Shown one piece after another: positions 56,266 to 64,000 of a DNA stretch of 64,000 nt. Location: positions 32,001 to 96,000 of IMG/VR virus record IMGVR_UViG_3300020172_005639; one strand, given 5' to 3'. Below the pieces are notes generated by a model. That model did no database searches. It worked only from the letters and a program-made list of their open reading frames with translations, and was not told the DNA's origin. Position numbers and translations under genes: made by a program. This DNA is from a virus. Position 1 is the stretch's first letter. Every line of letters starts with the position of its first letter.

Positions 56266-56905
56266 ACAAATCAAGGTAAGCATGGCTTACTGCGCGCCTC
56301 CACCAGGGCAGTTTGGCATTCCTGGGGCCTCGGGGTTGACGGTGGCTTCGTGGGATCATTGCAGAGAGCAGTTTGCGGCCAAGTTCGGCAGGGATATTCC
56401 CGAGTTCTTCGTGAGTCACCTTGAGGGCAGGGGTATTTGCATATCTGAATTCATTTGTCATTTTGAGGAGGTCTTGACATCGGACATTGGCAAAAACAAG
56501 TTTTTTCACTCCAGGTTTTCTCCCACGACAAACCCAAGCGTGACACTCATCAAGCCCAGTCAGTTCTGGAGAGAGTGTTTTTTCCGGAGGTCTTTGTTCA
56601 CCCTCCTAGTCCGGAGCGGGCAAAACTATTGTCCAGACATTAAGAACTTCGACGATTGCCTCTTCGGCAATTACAAGGAGTGCCAGTTTATAAGGGAAAC
56701 GAAGAAGGCTGTGGTCAGGTTCATGTTCGGATTCACTGTCTTTCAAGGAAACCATCCTCCCGCCTCTGGATCTACGGTGATTAAACATGGGTGGCGAGAG
56801 GAGTTTGACAAGAGCGATGAACCCACTATAAGGAAGAAGCTAGCTATTCCCGACTATGCGCAGCGGTCCTACAACATAGTCGGTCTAGACGCCTTGTGGG
56901 CATGA
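56243..56905 (+). CDS. Hypothetical protein, paralog of 29778..30332
   Basis: GAGG SD; shared motifs. Confidence 0.7.
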   Translation: MMPAQYDEQIKVSMAYCAPPPGQFGIPGASGLTVASWDHCREQFAAKFGRDIPEFFVSHLEGRGICISEFICHFEEVLTSDIGKNKFFHSRFSPTTNPSVTLIKPSQFWRECFFRRSLFTLLVRSGQNYCPDIKNFDDCLFGNYKECQFIRETKKAVVRFMFGFTVFQGNHPPASGSTVIKHGWREEFDKSDEPTIRKKLAIPDYAQRSYNIVGLDALWA

Positions 56906-57615
56906 CTATGAGCAGATGGTTTTTCACCAGTGATCTTCATCTGGACCACGCAAAAATAATTCGTTACTGCAACAGGCCTTTTGGCTCGGTTGAGGAGATG
57001 AACGAAGGAATCATTGGCGCAATCAATGACAGTGTAGGACTCAAAGACAATCTGCTTGTACTGGGGGACTTTTGCTTGGTCAAAGCCAGCAACGCGCTGG
57101 AGCGTTATTCTCATTTCCGGTCACAGATACGCTGTGAAAACGTAACCCTTGTGCTGGGCAACCACGACAGGGAAAAGGAGGCCTCAAGAGTATTCGGGTC
57201 ATGTTCGCAGATTCAAACCCTAAATGTGGATGGCAACTACATAGTCTGCAGCCACTATCCCATGCGCTCTTGGGACAGGGCGGCGCACGGCTCATGGATG
57301 CTTTACGGCCATGTCCACAACGCGTATCGCCATGAGGACGAGGCGGGCCTCCCGACATGGAAGGATTTGCACTTCAGGGGAGTATTTTCAAGCATATTGG
57401 CGAGGCACGGCGTTGAATCGCAGCAGATATTGAATGAGTTGATGACGGGGCTTGTTTCGCTATCTGGTAGCAACCTCACCCTTGATGTGGGCGTCGATAA
57501 CGTCAGGCATGGCAAAGCCTTCGGTGCGCCTTGGTCTCTTAAGGAGGTCGCAGAAATCATGGCCATGAAGCGGCCTCTGTGGGAGATGCGTAGGCAAATA
57601 TCAAAGAGGTGTTGA
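56902..57615 (+). CDS. Calcineurin-like metallophosphoesterase
   Basis: SDLH, LGDF, GNHD, SHYP, GHVH, DVGVD. Confidence 0.9.
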   Translation: MTMSRWFFTSDLHLDHAKIIRYCNRPFGSVEEMNEGIIGAINDSVGLKDNLLVLGDFCLVKASNALERYSHFRSQIRCENVTLVLGNHDREKEASRVFGSCSQIQTLNVDGNYIVCSHYPMRSWDRAAHGSWMLYGHVHNAYRHEDEAGLPTWKDLHFRGVFSSILARHGVESQQILNELMTGLVSLSGSNLTLDVGVDNVRHGKAFGAPWSLKEVAEIMAMKRPLWEMRRQISKRC

Positions 57616-57641
57616 CTGGCCGATGATTCATAGTTTACAGT
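57612..57641 (+). promoter_or_regulatory. Sigma70-like promoter TTGACT-18-TACAGT
   Basis: Motifs read directly; predicted start coincides with the structured leader. Confidence 0.45.
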
Positions 57642-57741
57642 TCCTCCCGACGCAGGCACAGTCGAACTATGTGGCCGCAACCTGCGCTCTGTGGTCACAT
57701 AAGATTGAAGGATTGTGTCCCAAATGGCACAAGTTACTGTG

Positions 57742-58113
57742 ATGAACAGGAAGTTTTTAGCCTTGGCTTTTGTGCTGGCAATCGCTTCGATCTCGGAGGC
57801 TGGTCCTTTTGGACTCGTCCGTGGTCGCAGTAACAGCTCTAATTCTGGCACAGGTTCCGCTGCTGGAAGCACCGGCACCGTCTACTATGACAACGGCGAG
57901 CTGAGCTCTGCCCAGGGCGTGGCCAACAGGATGGCCAGATTGCTCAGGATTGGGCACTTCGGCAATCCTCAAGGTGGATATGAGGGCGTGGGCTCCGGGG
58001 CTACACCCCAGCAGGCCGAGTGGAATTGCTGTTATAGGCGGCAGATGGCCCCTCGCGACGTCGGTTACGCGCATGGAGCAAACGGACTTTGGTACTGCTG
58101 TTGCAGGTACTAA
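57742..58113 (+). CDS. Secreted Cys-rich protein (CAP-like, planctomycete-type)
   Basis: Signal peptide ending SEA; EGVG, NCCY, GLWYCCCRY. Confidence 0.7.
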   Translation: MNRKFLALAFVLAIASISEAGPFGLVRGRSNSSNSGTGSAAGSTGTVYYDNGELSSAQGVANRMARLLRIGHFGNPQGGYEGVGSGATPQQAEWNCCYRRQMAPRDVGYAHGANGLWYCCCRY

Positions 58114-58126
58114 CCTAGATTTGGTG

Positions 58127-58154
58127 CGGGCAGGGGTTGATGCCCCCCTGCCCG
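58127..58154 (+). terminator. GC-rich hairpin, possible terminator
   Basis: CGGGCAGGGG/CCCCTGCCCG; T-run not immediately adjacent. Confidence 0.5.
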
Positions 58155-58217
58155 TGTCGCTATGGAGTTGGTTTTTTGTTTTAGCGAATTGTGTTCAGGG
58201 CAGTACTCAATTGGATC

Positions 58218-59129
58218 ATGAAGATAGCAATATGCCCCCTTGTGTCACACGATATCTGGCGCGCCAAGCGCTGCATAGTAAGCTGCCACCTTCAACTTGA
58301 GCACGCCAGCATAAGCCACAGCCTCGTAGTTCATATAAATTCGTTGGACGAATCCTTCGCAGACGAGATGGTTTCGTTCTGTGAAGATGGCGGATATCGT
58401 TATCTCAAATCGGTTTCTGATGGCACCCCATCCACGGGCAAGAACGCAATTTTGGATTTTCTGGCTCAATCATTATTTGATGGCGCCTGCCTTGTCGATG
58501 GCGACGACTTCCTCTACCCCGTTTCCTTCATGCAGATCGCAAACCATCTGCATCAGTTCGGCGAAACTGATCTCTTGGTCAACCATGCCATGGATTGCGT
58601 GGTAAGGAGCGAGTTCGCCGATCCATCCATGCACCCCGTGGTCGGCGATGGCGTCAGCGCAATAGTGTGGGGGTCAAATAACTGGAAGATGCCTTCAATA
58701 TACGGTACGGGCCCGAATCCCATAACGCAGCCGTCTGTTCCACAATGGCCAATAAGCCTGGGAAGGCATCAGTACTACAGCAAGAGGCTTGCCAAGGCGC
58801 TCAAGTTCGATCCAAGGATAGTCGTCGGAGAGGATGTGATGCTTGAGTTTGAGGCCCTGCATTTGCACCAAGTCGGGGAACTTGTCTTCTTTATGACATT
58901 CGGAAGCGACATGTACGTCTTTGACAGGACTCTAAACAACAACATAGAGAAAAAACACGCAGACCAAAAGCACGAGTACTTCAGGCTGATTCAGCAGAAG
59001 CTTCAGAAATACGATCAGGAGCGCCTGGATCCGAGGGAATTGCCTTGTTGCTTTCCTAAAATAGCCTATTCCTACTCTGATAAAATAGAGTTTATACAAG
59101 GACTCTATAAGGAGTTAGCCATAACATGA
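58218..59129 (+). CDS. Glycosyltransferase-like (GT-A) protein
   Basis: SDGTPSTGKN, VDGDDFLYP, GED. Confidence 0.7.
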   Translation: MKIAICPLVSHDIWRAKRCIVSCHLQLEHASISHSLVVHINSLDESFADEMVSFCEDGGYRYLKSVSDGTPSTGKNAILDFLAQSLFDGACLVDGDDFLYPVSFMQIANHLHQFGETDLLVNHAMDCVVRSEFADPSMHPVVGDGVSAIVWGSNNWKMPSIYGTGPNPITQPSVPQWPISLGRHQYYSKRLAKALKFDPRIVVGEDVMLEFEALHLHQVGELVFFMTFGSDMYVFDRTLNNNIEKKHADQKHEYFRLIQQKLQKYDQERLDPRELPCCFPKIAYSYSDKIEFIQGLYKELAIT

Positions 59130-59935
59130 ACTACCGATACAGCATCGGCCAGCAGGTCGTATTCCTGAACCAGTTAGCCCTCGTAAGGTCTCTTGGTTCG
59201 ACTGCACAAAGCAAGCCAAAGTACTTTCTGGCAGTCGGCGATGCCGAGCTGGAAATGTGGGTGCCAGAGGAGGAGATTGAGGTCGGGCAGATTACGGGGC
59301 CGCCCATCACAACCTTCAACAGGCGCATGCCGCACCTGTGCATAGTCGACAACTTTTACAAAAACCCCGACGAAATCAGGGCCTTGGCGCTTGAGCAGCA
59401 ATTTGAGGCCGACAACCGCTTCTACAAGGGCAAGAGGACCAAAGAGCGGTTCTTGTGGCCCTTCTTGCGCGAAGAGTTTGAGAGAATCCTCGGCCGCACT
59501 ATCGTGGACTGGCTCAACCAGCCTGCCAACGGCTGCTTCCAGGTCACGGGCTACGACGACCCCCTCGTGTGGCACAGCGACGCCCAGAGCTACGCAGCTG
59601 CTATCTACTTAAGTCCGCACGCTCCTGTCGGCGCCGGCACGAGCTTCTGGCAGGACCGAAAATACTCAGCCAGAAGGCCTCCGGTTCACCCGCTTGAATT
59701 CGACCGCTTCCCCTCGGACCAGGCCAGAAGCGACGCGTACAATGACATATACAGCCAGTACAACCTTCTGCACGGCGACAACTGGGAGCTCGTCGACAAG
59801 GTGGGCGCCGTCTACAACAGGCTTGCGATCTGGGACGCTCAGATGATACATTCTGCGAGCACCTACGAGGGTCTGCCAAGCGATATCGTGGACAAGGCCC
59901 GATTGGTCCAGCTTTTCTTCTTTACCATCAAGTAG
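59126..59935 (+). CDS. 2OG-Fe(II) oxygenase-like (DUF6445-like) protein with extra N-terminal domain
   Basis: IVDNFY.NPD.IR, WHSD, AAAIYL, GTSFW, YNRL, IHSA, RLVQLFFF. Confidence 0.8.
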   Translation: MNYRYSIGQQVVFLNQLALVRSLGSTAQSKPKYFLAVGDAELEMWVPEEEIEVGQITGPPITTFNRRMPHLCIVDNFYKNPDEIRALALEQQFEADNRFYKGKRTKERFLWPFLREEFERILGRTIVDWLNQPANGCFQVTGYDDPLVWHSDAQSYAAAIYLSPHAPVGAGTSFWQDRKYSARRPPVHPLEFDRFPSDQARSDAYNDIYSQYNLLHGDNWELVDKVGAVYNRLAIWDAQMIHSASTYEGLPSDIVDKARLVQLFFFTIK

Positions 59936-60007
59936 GGGCTGAAGATGACAAGGCAGGAGTAAGGCTACCTAGCAATTATTTGCAAGTTGACTGATAAATA
60001 AATCCAG

Positions 60008-60098
60008 AGCCCTCGGGCTTCGACTCCGTCGATGACAACCAGCGCTCGCAAGGAGTAACTGCATAAGAGGCCAAGATGGCTGCTGGTCGAGACGGGTC
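60008..60098 (+). ncRNA. Candidate structured RNA or leader downstream of a TAAATA box
   Basis: Nested stems read by eye (see findings). Confidence 0.35.
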
Positions 60099-60110
60099 AT
60101 TGCAAAAAAC

Positions 60111-60371
60111 ATGATTAACATCCACCAAATCAACGCCGAGCTCTCCAAGACGTCTGAATCTGACATAAGGCTTGATTTTTATTTGGTATCCAAGGAAAAA
60201 GATTGCTTTTTCGTGGTGGATAAAGCAGAATGTCATCCAGCGCTTTCGACGCAATTGTGGAGGAGCAACTACATCCTTGCGGATGCTGCCGCAGATTGGT
60301 CGATTGCGGATTGGTTGAAAGAACTAGAGAGCATGGCGAGGGAAAACCGTAGTGAAAATGTCCTTAAGTGA
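60111..60371 (+). CDS. Hypothetical protein
   Basis: 86-aa ORF. Confidence 0.55.
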   Translation: MINIHQINAELSKTSESDIRLDFYLVSKEKDCFFVVDKAECHPALSTQLWRSNYILADAAADWSIADWLKELESMARENRSENVLK

Positions 60372-60516
60372 GGCTTACTTGATCTGGGATCGCATTACCT
60401 TTTCCCAAAAGCTGGAGCTTTTGAGCCTAGCTCGGAGAGCTTGCCCAGAAAAAGTTGGCTATAGGACGATTGATGCTGAATGGAGGCCCTCTTTAGATGA
60501 GGAACCCAATCCATGA
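60358..60516 (+). CDS. Small hypothetical protein, 52 aa
   Basis: MSLSEAYLIW...EEPNP fills the gap; ATGA overlap with clpS; not in ORF track. Confidence 0.45.
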   Translation: MSLSEAYLIWDRITFSQKLELLSLARRACPEKVGYRTIDAEWRPSLDEEPNP

Positions 60517-60821
60517 GTGCCGCCACGCTTGATAGCCCAGAAACAAAGACGATCACTCAGCGACCCTACAATGTTATCCTTCTGAATGACGACGACCACT
60601 CCGTCGTATATGTAGTCGACCTTTGCTTCAAGGTATTCCGCATGAGCGAGCAGGACGGGTTAAGGGTGGCGAATGAAGTGCACTTTTCCGGAAGGTCTAT
60701 TGTTTACTCGGGCTCGCTTGAAGTGGCTGAACTCAAGCAAGAACAAGTTCACGGTTTCGGCCCTGACGCGCGCGTACCACGCTGCAAGGGCAGCATGACG
60801 GCAATCATAGAGCAGGCATGA
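60513..60821 (+). CDS. clpS: ATP-dependent Clp protease adaptor ClpS
   Basis: YNVILLNDDDHS..YV, EVH..GR, E.AELK. Confidence 0.9.
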   Translation: MSAATLDSPETKTITQRPYNVILLNDDDHSVVYVVDLCFKVFRMSEQDGLRVANEVHFSGRSIVYSGSLEVAELKQEQVHGFGPDARVPRCKGSMTAIIEQA

Positions 60822-60822
60822 A

Positions 60823-61707
60823 ATGATAGTACAGTACGCGCCGGTCATCCGTAGCTTCAACGGGCACGCTAAACGCTGCATCTTGTCTTGCGCCCGACAG
60901 AGCGAAAGTCTAGGTGAATTGAATTTCTGCACCGTAGCCTATTTCCTTGGCGACGATGGCGGAGGCGTAGCTTGGTGCAACTCGCTTGGGATCAAATGCA
61001 AGCTCATAGACTGCGCTCCCTCGCAGGGATCAGTACGCAAGGCAGTCTGGGACAAGTTTCTTTTGAGCTCAGGCGACGCGCTAGTCCAGCTTGAACAGAA
61101 CCTCTTTCTTTACCCTTGCGCTGGCGATAGGCTGCAGTCACATTTGTTACAGTACCCCAGCACTGACTTGCTCGTCACAAAGCCCAAAGACGTCATCACT
61201 CTTGAGAATCCGAACCAAGACGCTTCAAACTGCTTCAGGGTTGGCGATCGATGGACGCAGATTTGGACAACTCACAATGTGACGCTTGGGTATAGTTGCG
61301 GACCTGGAAGGCATCCCTACCACGAGGACCCGAACAATGGTTTTGGAAGCCAGGGCATTCACGTCTTCAAAACAAGAAAACTCATTGAGTCGCTCCAGCA
61401 CTTGCCTGCGATTGAGATATTCGACCACATAAATGTCGAACTCAACGCATTGAGACTGCACCAGCGGGGCGATATCGTTTTTATGCTGACCTTCCTATCC
61501 GATTTTTTGGTTGAGGACTGGTCGGCTCCATTTCTGCTGCCGCAGGCGTCAGCAGAAGCCATGCTCTCTGGAAAAGACGAGATCGTGAGTTCACTCAATC
61601 TCATGTCGCCCGGAAGGTCGAGCTTTGAGGAGTTGCCGGTGCGATTTCCGCAGATCAGTATGTCGGTGTCGGACAAGCTGAAGTACCTTGAAGACAAAAC
61701 AATTTGA
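60823..61707 (+). CDS. GT-like paralog of 58218..59129 lacking DxD
   Basis: AKRCI.SC, FLYP, TDLLV, AL.LHQ.G..VF..TF.SD, ELP..FP.I..S.SDK shared. Confidence 0.7.
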   Translation: MIVQYAPVIRSFNGHAKRCILSCARQSESLGELNFCTVAYFLGDDGGGVAWCNSLGIKCKLIDCAPSQGSVRKAVWDKFLLSSGDALVQLEQNLFLYPCAGDRLQSHLLQYPSTDLLVTKPKDVITLENPNQDASNCFRVGDRWTQIWTTHNVTLGYSCGPGRHPYHEDPNNGFGSQGIHVFKTRKLIESLQHLPAIEIFDHINVELNALRLHQRGDIVFMLTFLSDFLVEDWSAPFLLPQASAEAMLSGKDEIVSSLNLMSPGRSSFEELPVRFPQISMSVSDKLKYLEDKTI

Positions 61708-61714
61708 GGTTGTC

Positions 61715-61945
61715 ATGAGCGAAGACAAGAATGCAGAATCGGGATTTCTGGCTTTGGGAGCAGTGTTCGTGATGATTTGCCTTTTCTTCCTAGCCGCCTG
61801 GCCTTTCCAGGCGCTTTGGAACTTCGACTTGTGCCAGGTCGTTGATGGCGTGCATGAGATCACCTATTTTCAGGCAGTTGGATTGGTTGCTCTTGTCTAT
61901 ATAACAGGGAAGGTATTTATGCTTGGGCAAAGCTCAAGCAAGTAG
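61715..61945 (+). CDS. Two-TM membrane protein
   Basis: GAGG SD; two hydrophobic helices; EITYFQAVGL. Confidence 0.65.
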   Translation: MSEDKNAESGFLALGAVFVMICLFFLAAWPFQALWNFDLCQVVDGVHEITYFQAVGLVALVYITGKVFMLGQSSSK

Positions 61946-62000
61946 GAGCCACTTGGGAATAGTCTTCTTGATTTAAAGGCATATATAAGTCGGAGGCTTT

Positions 62001-63083
62001 ATGAAGTACGACTTGAACTACACCCTTTATCTAAGCGGTCTGATCAGCGAGAATCGCTTCTATGACATCTGCGAAAGGTCGGCGCAGGAGATCAAGGCTA
62101 TGCCTGCCCCCAAAGATGGACGCTGGCTGGGGAAAGATAATTATGTTTTCAACATTGAGGGTGACGATTGCGTCGACGATATGGGGAATCGGCTCAACAG
62201 TTATTGCTACAAAGTCAAATTCGACGCATATCAATCTCGCGTATCGATCAGCTTCGACAGACTCGGAAGCTACGGCGATCAAAATCTCGGTTTGGGCCAG
62301 CAAGTTTTCGACGGAGTTAGAAAGGCTGTTTCTGAATACATCGCCAAGAACAAACCAGAATTGTTGAAGTGGTCTCCTGTTCGAAGCAAAGAAGGCAAAG
62401 AGTCAAGAAGCAAGGCCTACGAAATATGGTCGGTCAAGGCCCTATGGCCAGAGCTTTATGTAAGCCCGAGCGTTAACCTTTGGGTGCGTCGGGACGTCTA
62501 CGACAAGCAATATGTCCCCAACGGCTATCCCCCAGTGCCACCGGACGCCAAAAAGACATTGAAGTCGCTGAACGACTTCAGAAACTCCACCTCTGGTCTG
62601 GAAACAAATTTCAACAAACTTCTCACCAGCAGAACATATAGACGATCAGGATATTTTGTCGTAAAAAGCGATCCGCAATCAAACAAAGCCATAATTTATC
62701 ACATCGAAGAAGATGGAAAATGGAACAAGGAATACAGAGAAAAAACCAGCGTTCGCGAGCTTTTGCCGGATTTCAGTCCGGCATCAACGATGGATGCTCT
62801 ACGTGTAGCTGACCAGATGATTAAAGCCGGTCAGAAAGAACAATTGGATTGGTTCCCGCCGGAACTTGTAACAGCCTACCAAAGCGAAGGCAAGCGAATG
62901 GCCCTGGGAGCTGCTAAAACCGCTCTTGGTACGGTTGGAAAAGGCATAGGACTCGCCTTGACCCCGCTGGATGCAGCAGACCAATACATTCGTCCGAAGG
63001 TAGAAAAACAAGTAGAAAAGATCGCATCGAAAATCCCATCGAAAAGTGCTAGACCAAATACAGAGCGTTCCGACGACTGGTAG
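62001..63083 (+). CDS. Hypothetical late protein (probable virion)
   Basis: TATATA box, GGAGG SD, LSGLISE motif. Confidence 0.7.
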   Translation: MKYDLNYTLYLSGLISENRFYDICERSAQEIKAMPAPKDGRWLGKDNYVFNIEGDDCVDDMGNRLNSYCYKVKFDAYQSRVSISFDRLGSYGDQNLGLGQQVFDGVRKAVSEYIAKNKPELLKWSPVRSKEGKESRSKAYEIWSVKALWPELYVSPSVNLWVRRDVYDKQYVPNGYPPVPPDAKKTLKSLNDFRNSTSGLETNFNKLLTSRTYRRSGYFVVKSDPQSNKAIIYHIEEDGKWNKEYREKTSVRELLPDFSPASTMDALRVADQMIKAGQKEQLDWFPPELVTAYQSEGKRMALGAAKTALGTVGKGIGLALTPLDAADQYIRPKVEKQVEKIASKIPSKSARPNTERSDDW

Positions 63084-63274
63084 GGAACAATCCTTTTGAA
63101 CGAAATCATAATCCTTGAATGTGCTGATAGGCAACTCAATAGGCAGAGTATCCCACAAGGTAGATGAGCTATTGCCTCTGTTACACTGCCTGGTCCTTTT
63201 GGCTATAGTTTTCTTGCTGAACAAGACCGACGAAAAACTCTTTTAATTCGTCAGCAAAAATTCTATATATTTTT

Positions 63275-63682
63275 ATGTCAGGCAGCCTTGGTTTTTCTGA
63301 TTATGTCATGCTGCGCGAGGACTTCCGGTCCAAGACGCCCTTGTACCCTTTGGGCTATGGCGGGATCGGACTATATCCCACTCAATATTTCATGCCCTAT
63401 TCTGCCGATGCAGTTCTTTACATCACCCAGGACGAGCGTTTATTTACCAATGGCGACGGACCACCGCATGACATCAGGCATTTGCCCGGGCACAAGCAGT
63501 ATGGAGACAAGTGCAACAACGGCGAGAACGAGCCCTTTGACATAAAAGACGTGCCAGGCAAATGCAAGGAGCCAGAAGTCAAGATGCCTGCTGGCAAAGT
63601 GATTCCGTACAGGGGCTTTTTGAGGCTGAACGGCGCTCTCCGTCCCCTGGTACCCACGAACAACAAGATGCCACCGGAGTAA
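63275..63682 (+). CDS. Hypothetical late protein
   Basis: TATATA box 5 nt before ATG; GFSDY..LRE. Confidence 0.65.
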   Translation: MSGSLGFSDYVMLREDFRSKTPLYPLGYGGIGLYPTQYFMPYSADAVLYITQDERLFTNGDGPPHDIRHLPGHKQYGDKCNNGENEPFDIKDVPGKCKEPEVKMPAGKVIPYRGFLRLNGALRPLVPTNNKMPPE

Positions 63683-63684
63683 GA

Positions 63685-64000
63685 ATGAATTTCAAAGAAT
63701 ACACCTTTGAGCGCAACATGCGCGATTGGGACGGACTCCAGTTCCTCTTCGAGGCCACCGAGGAGGCGATTGAGCAGCACCAGCCTCAGGATGGCAAGTG
63801 GATCGACCTTGATAGTGACTATGCTACTTATAGGTTCAACGTGGCGGGCGATCCCTGTGGATCGAAGCAGACTCCATGTTACGTCGTGAACATAAGCGGC
63901 AGCGACACAGACGTTTCTACCGGAGTGTCCATAGCCTTCAGCAGACAGGGCAGCTATGGAGACACGGAGAGAGACGAACCCTACGATGTGCTCCTCGGCG
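63685..64000 (+). CDS. Hypothetical protein, paralog of 62001..63083 (partial, runs off window end)
   Basis: MNFKEYTFE...DGKW...Y.FN..GD.C...CY.V...VSI.F.R.GSYGD; not in ORF track. Confidence 0.7.
   Translation, partial: MNFKEYTFERNMRDWDGLQFLFEATEEAIEQHQPQDGKWIDLDSDYATYRFNVAGDPCGSKQTPCYVVNISGSDTDVSTGVSIAFSRQGSYGDTERDEPYDVLLG

Noticed and set aside
60002-60098. SAM-I riboswitch suggested by ATCCAGAG
   Set aside because: The GAGGGA/GCAACC core and the closing P1 strand are absent.

Overview
This is a gene-dense 64-kb segment, mostly on the + strand, that reads as part of a huge (jumbo) tailed phage genome. It has T4-like TAAATA/TATATA late-promoter boxes, virion-type proteins with capsid-targeting-like N-termini, a TnsA/gp4-like nuclease, ThyX, a dNMP kinase, PhoH and HNH, and no conserved bacterial housekeeping operons. 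The ClpS style and a secreted protein with the motif EGVG...NCCY suggest a Planctomycetota host (inference from recalled motifs, not a search). Main content: (i) DnaE (Pol III alpha) split into two intein-less genes 7.4 kb apart, with complementary loss of palm motifs; (ii) a tmRNA with an ...SLAA tag, plus bS21, IF3, peptide deformylase, a GroES-like protein, DnaJ and ClpS; (iii) a PrkA/YeaG-YeaH-SpoVR/YcgB triad; (iv) about 20 dispersed glycosyl-, methyl- and carbamoyl-transferase, oxygenase and sugar-nucleotide genes, including HldE and RmlB; (v) a membrane-anchored 24-Cys metallothionein-like protein; (vi) several apparently leaderless late genes, including a palindromic TATATA box exactly 6 nt from two divergent ATGs; and (vii) candidate structured RNA leaders and a repeat-rich promoter upstream of a phage sigma factor. 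Many start codons were re-picked relative to the ORF track. All family calls come from motif recognition by eye.
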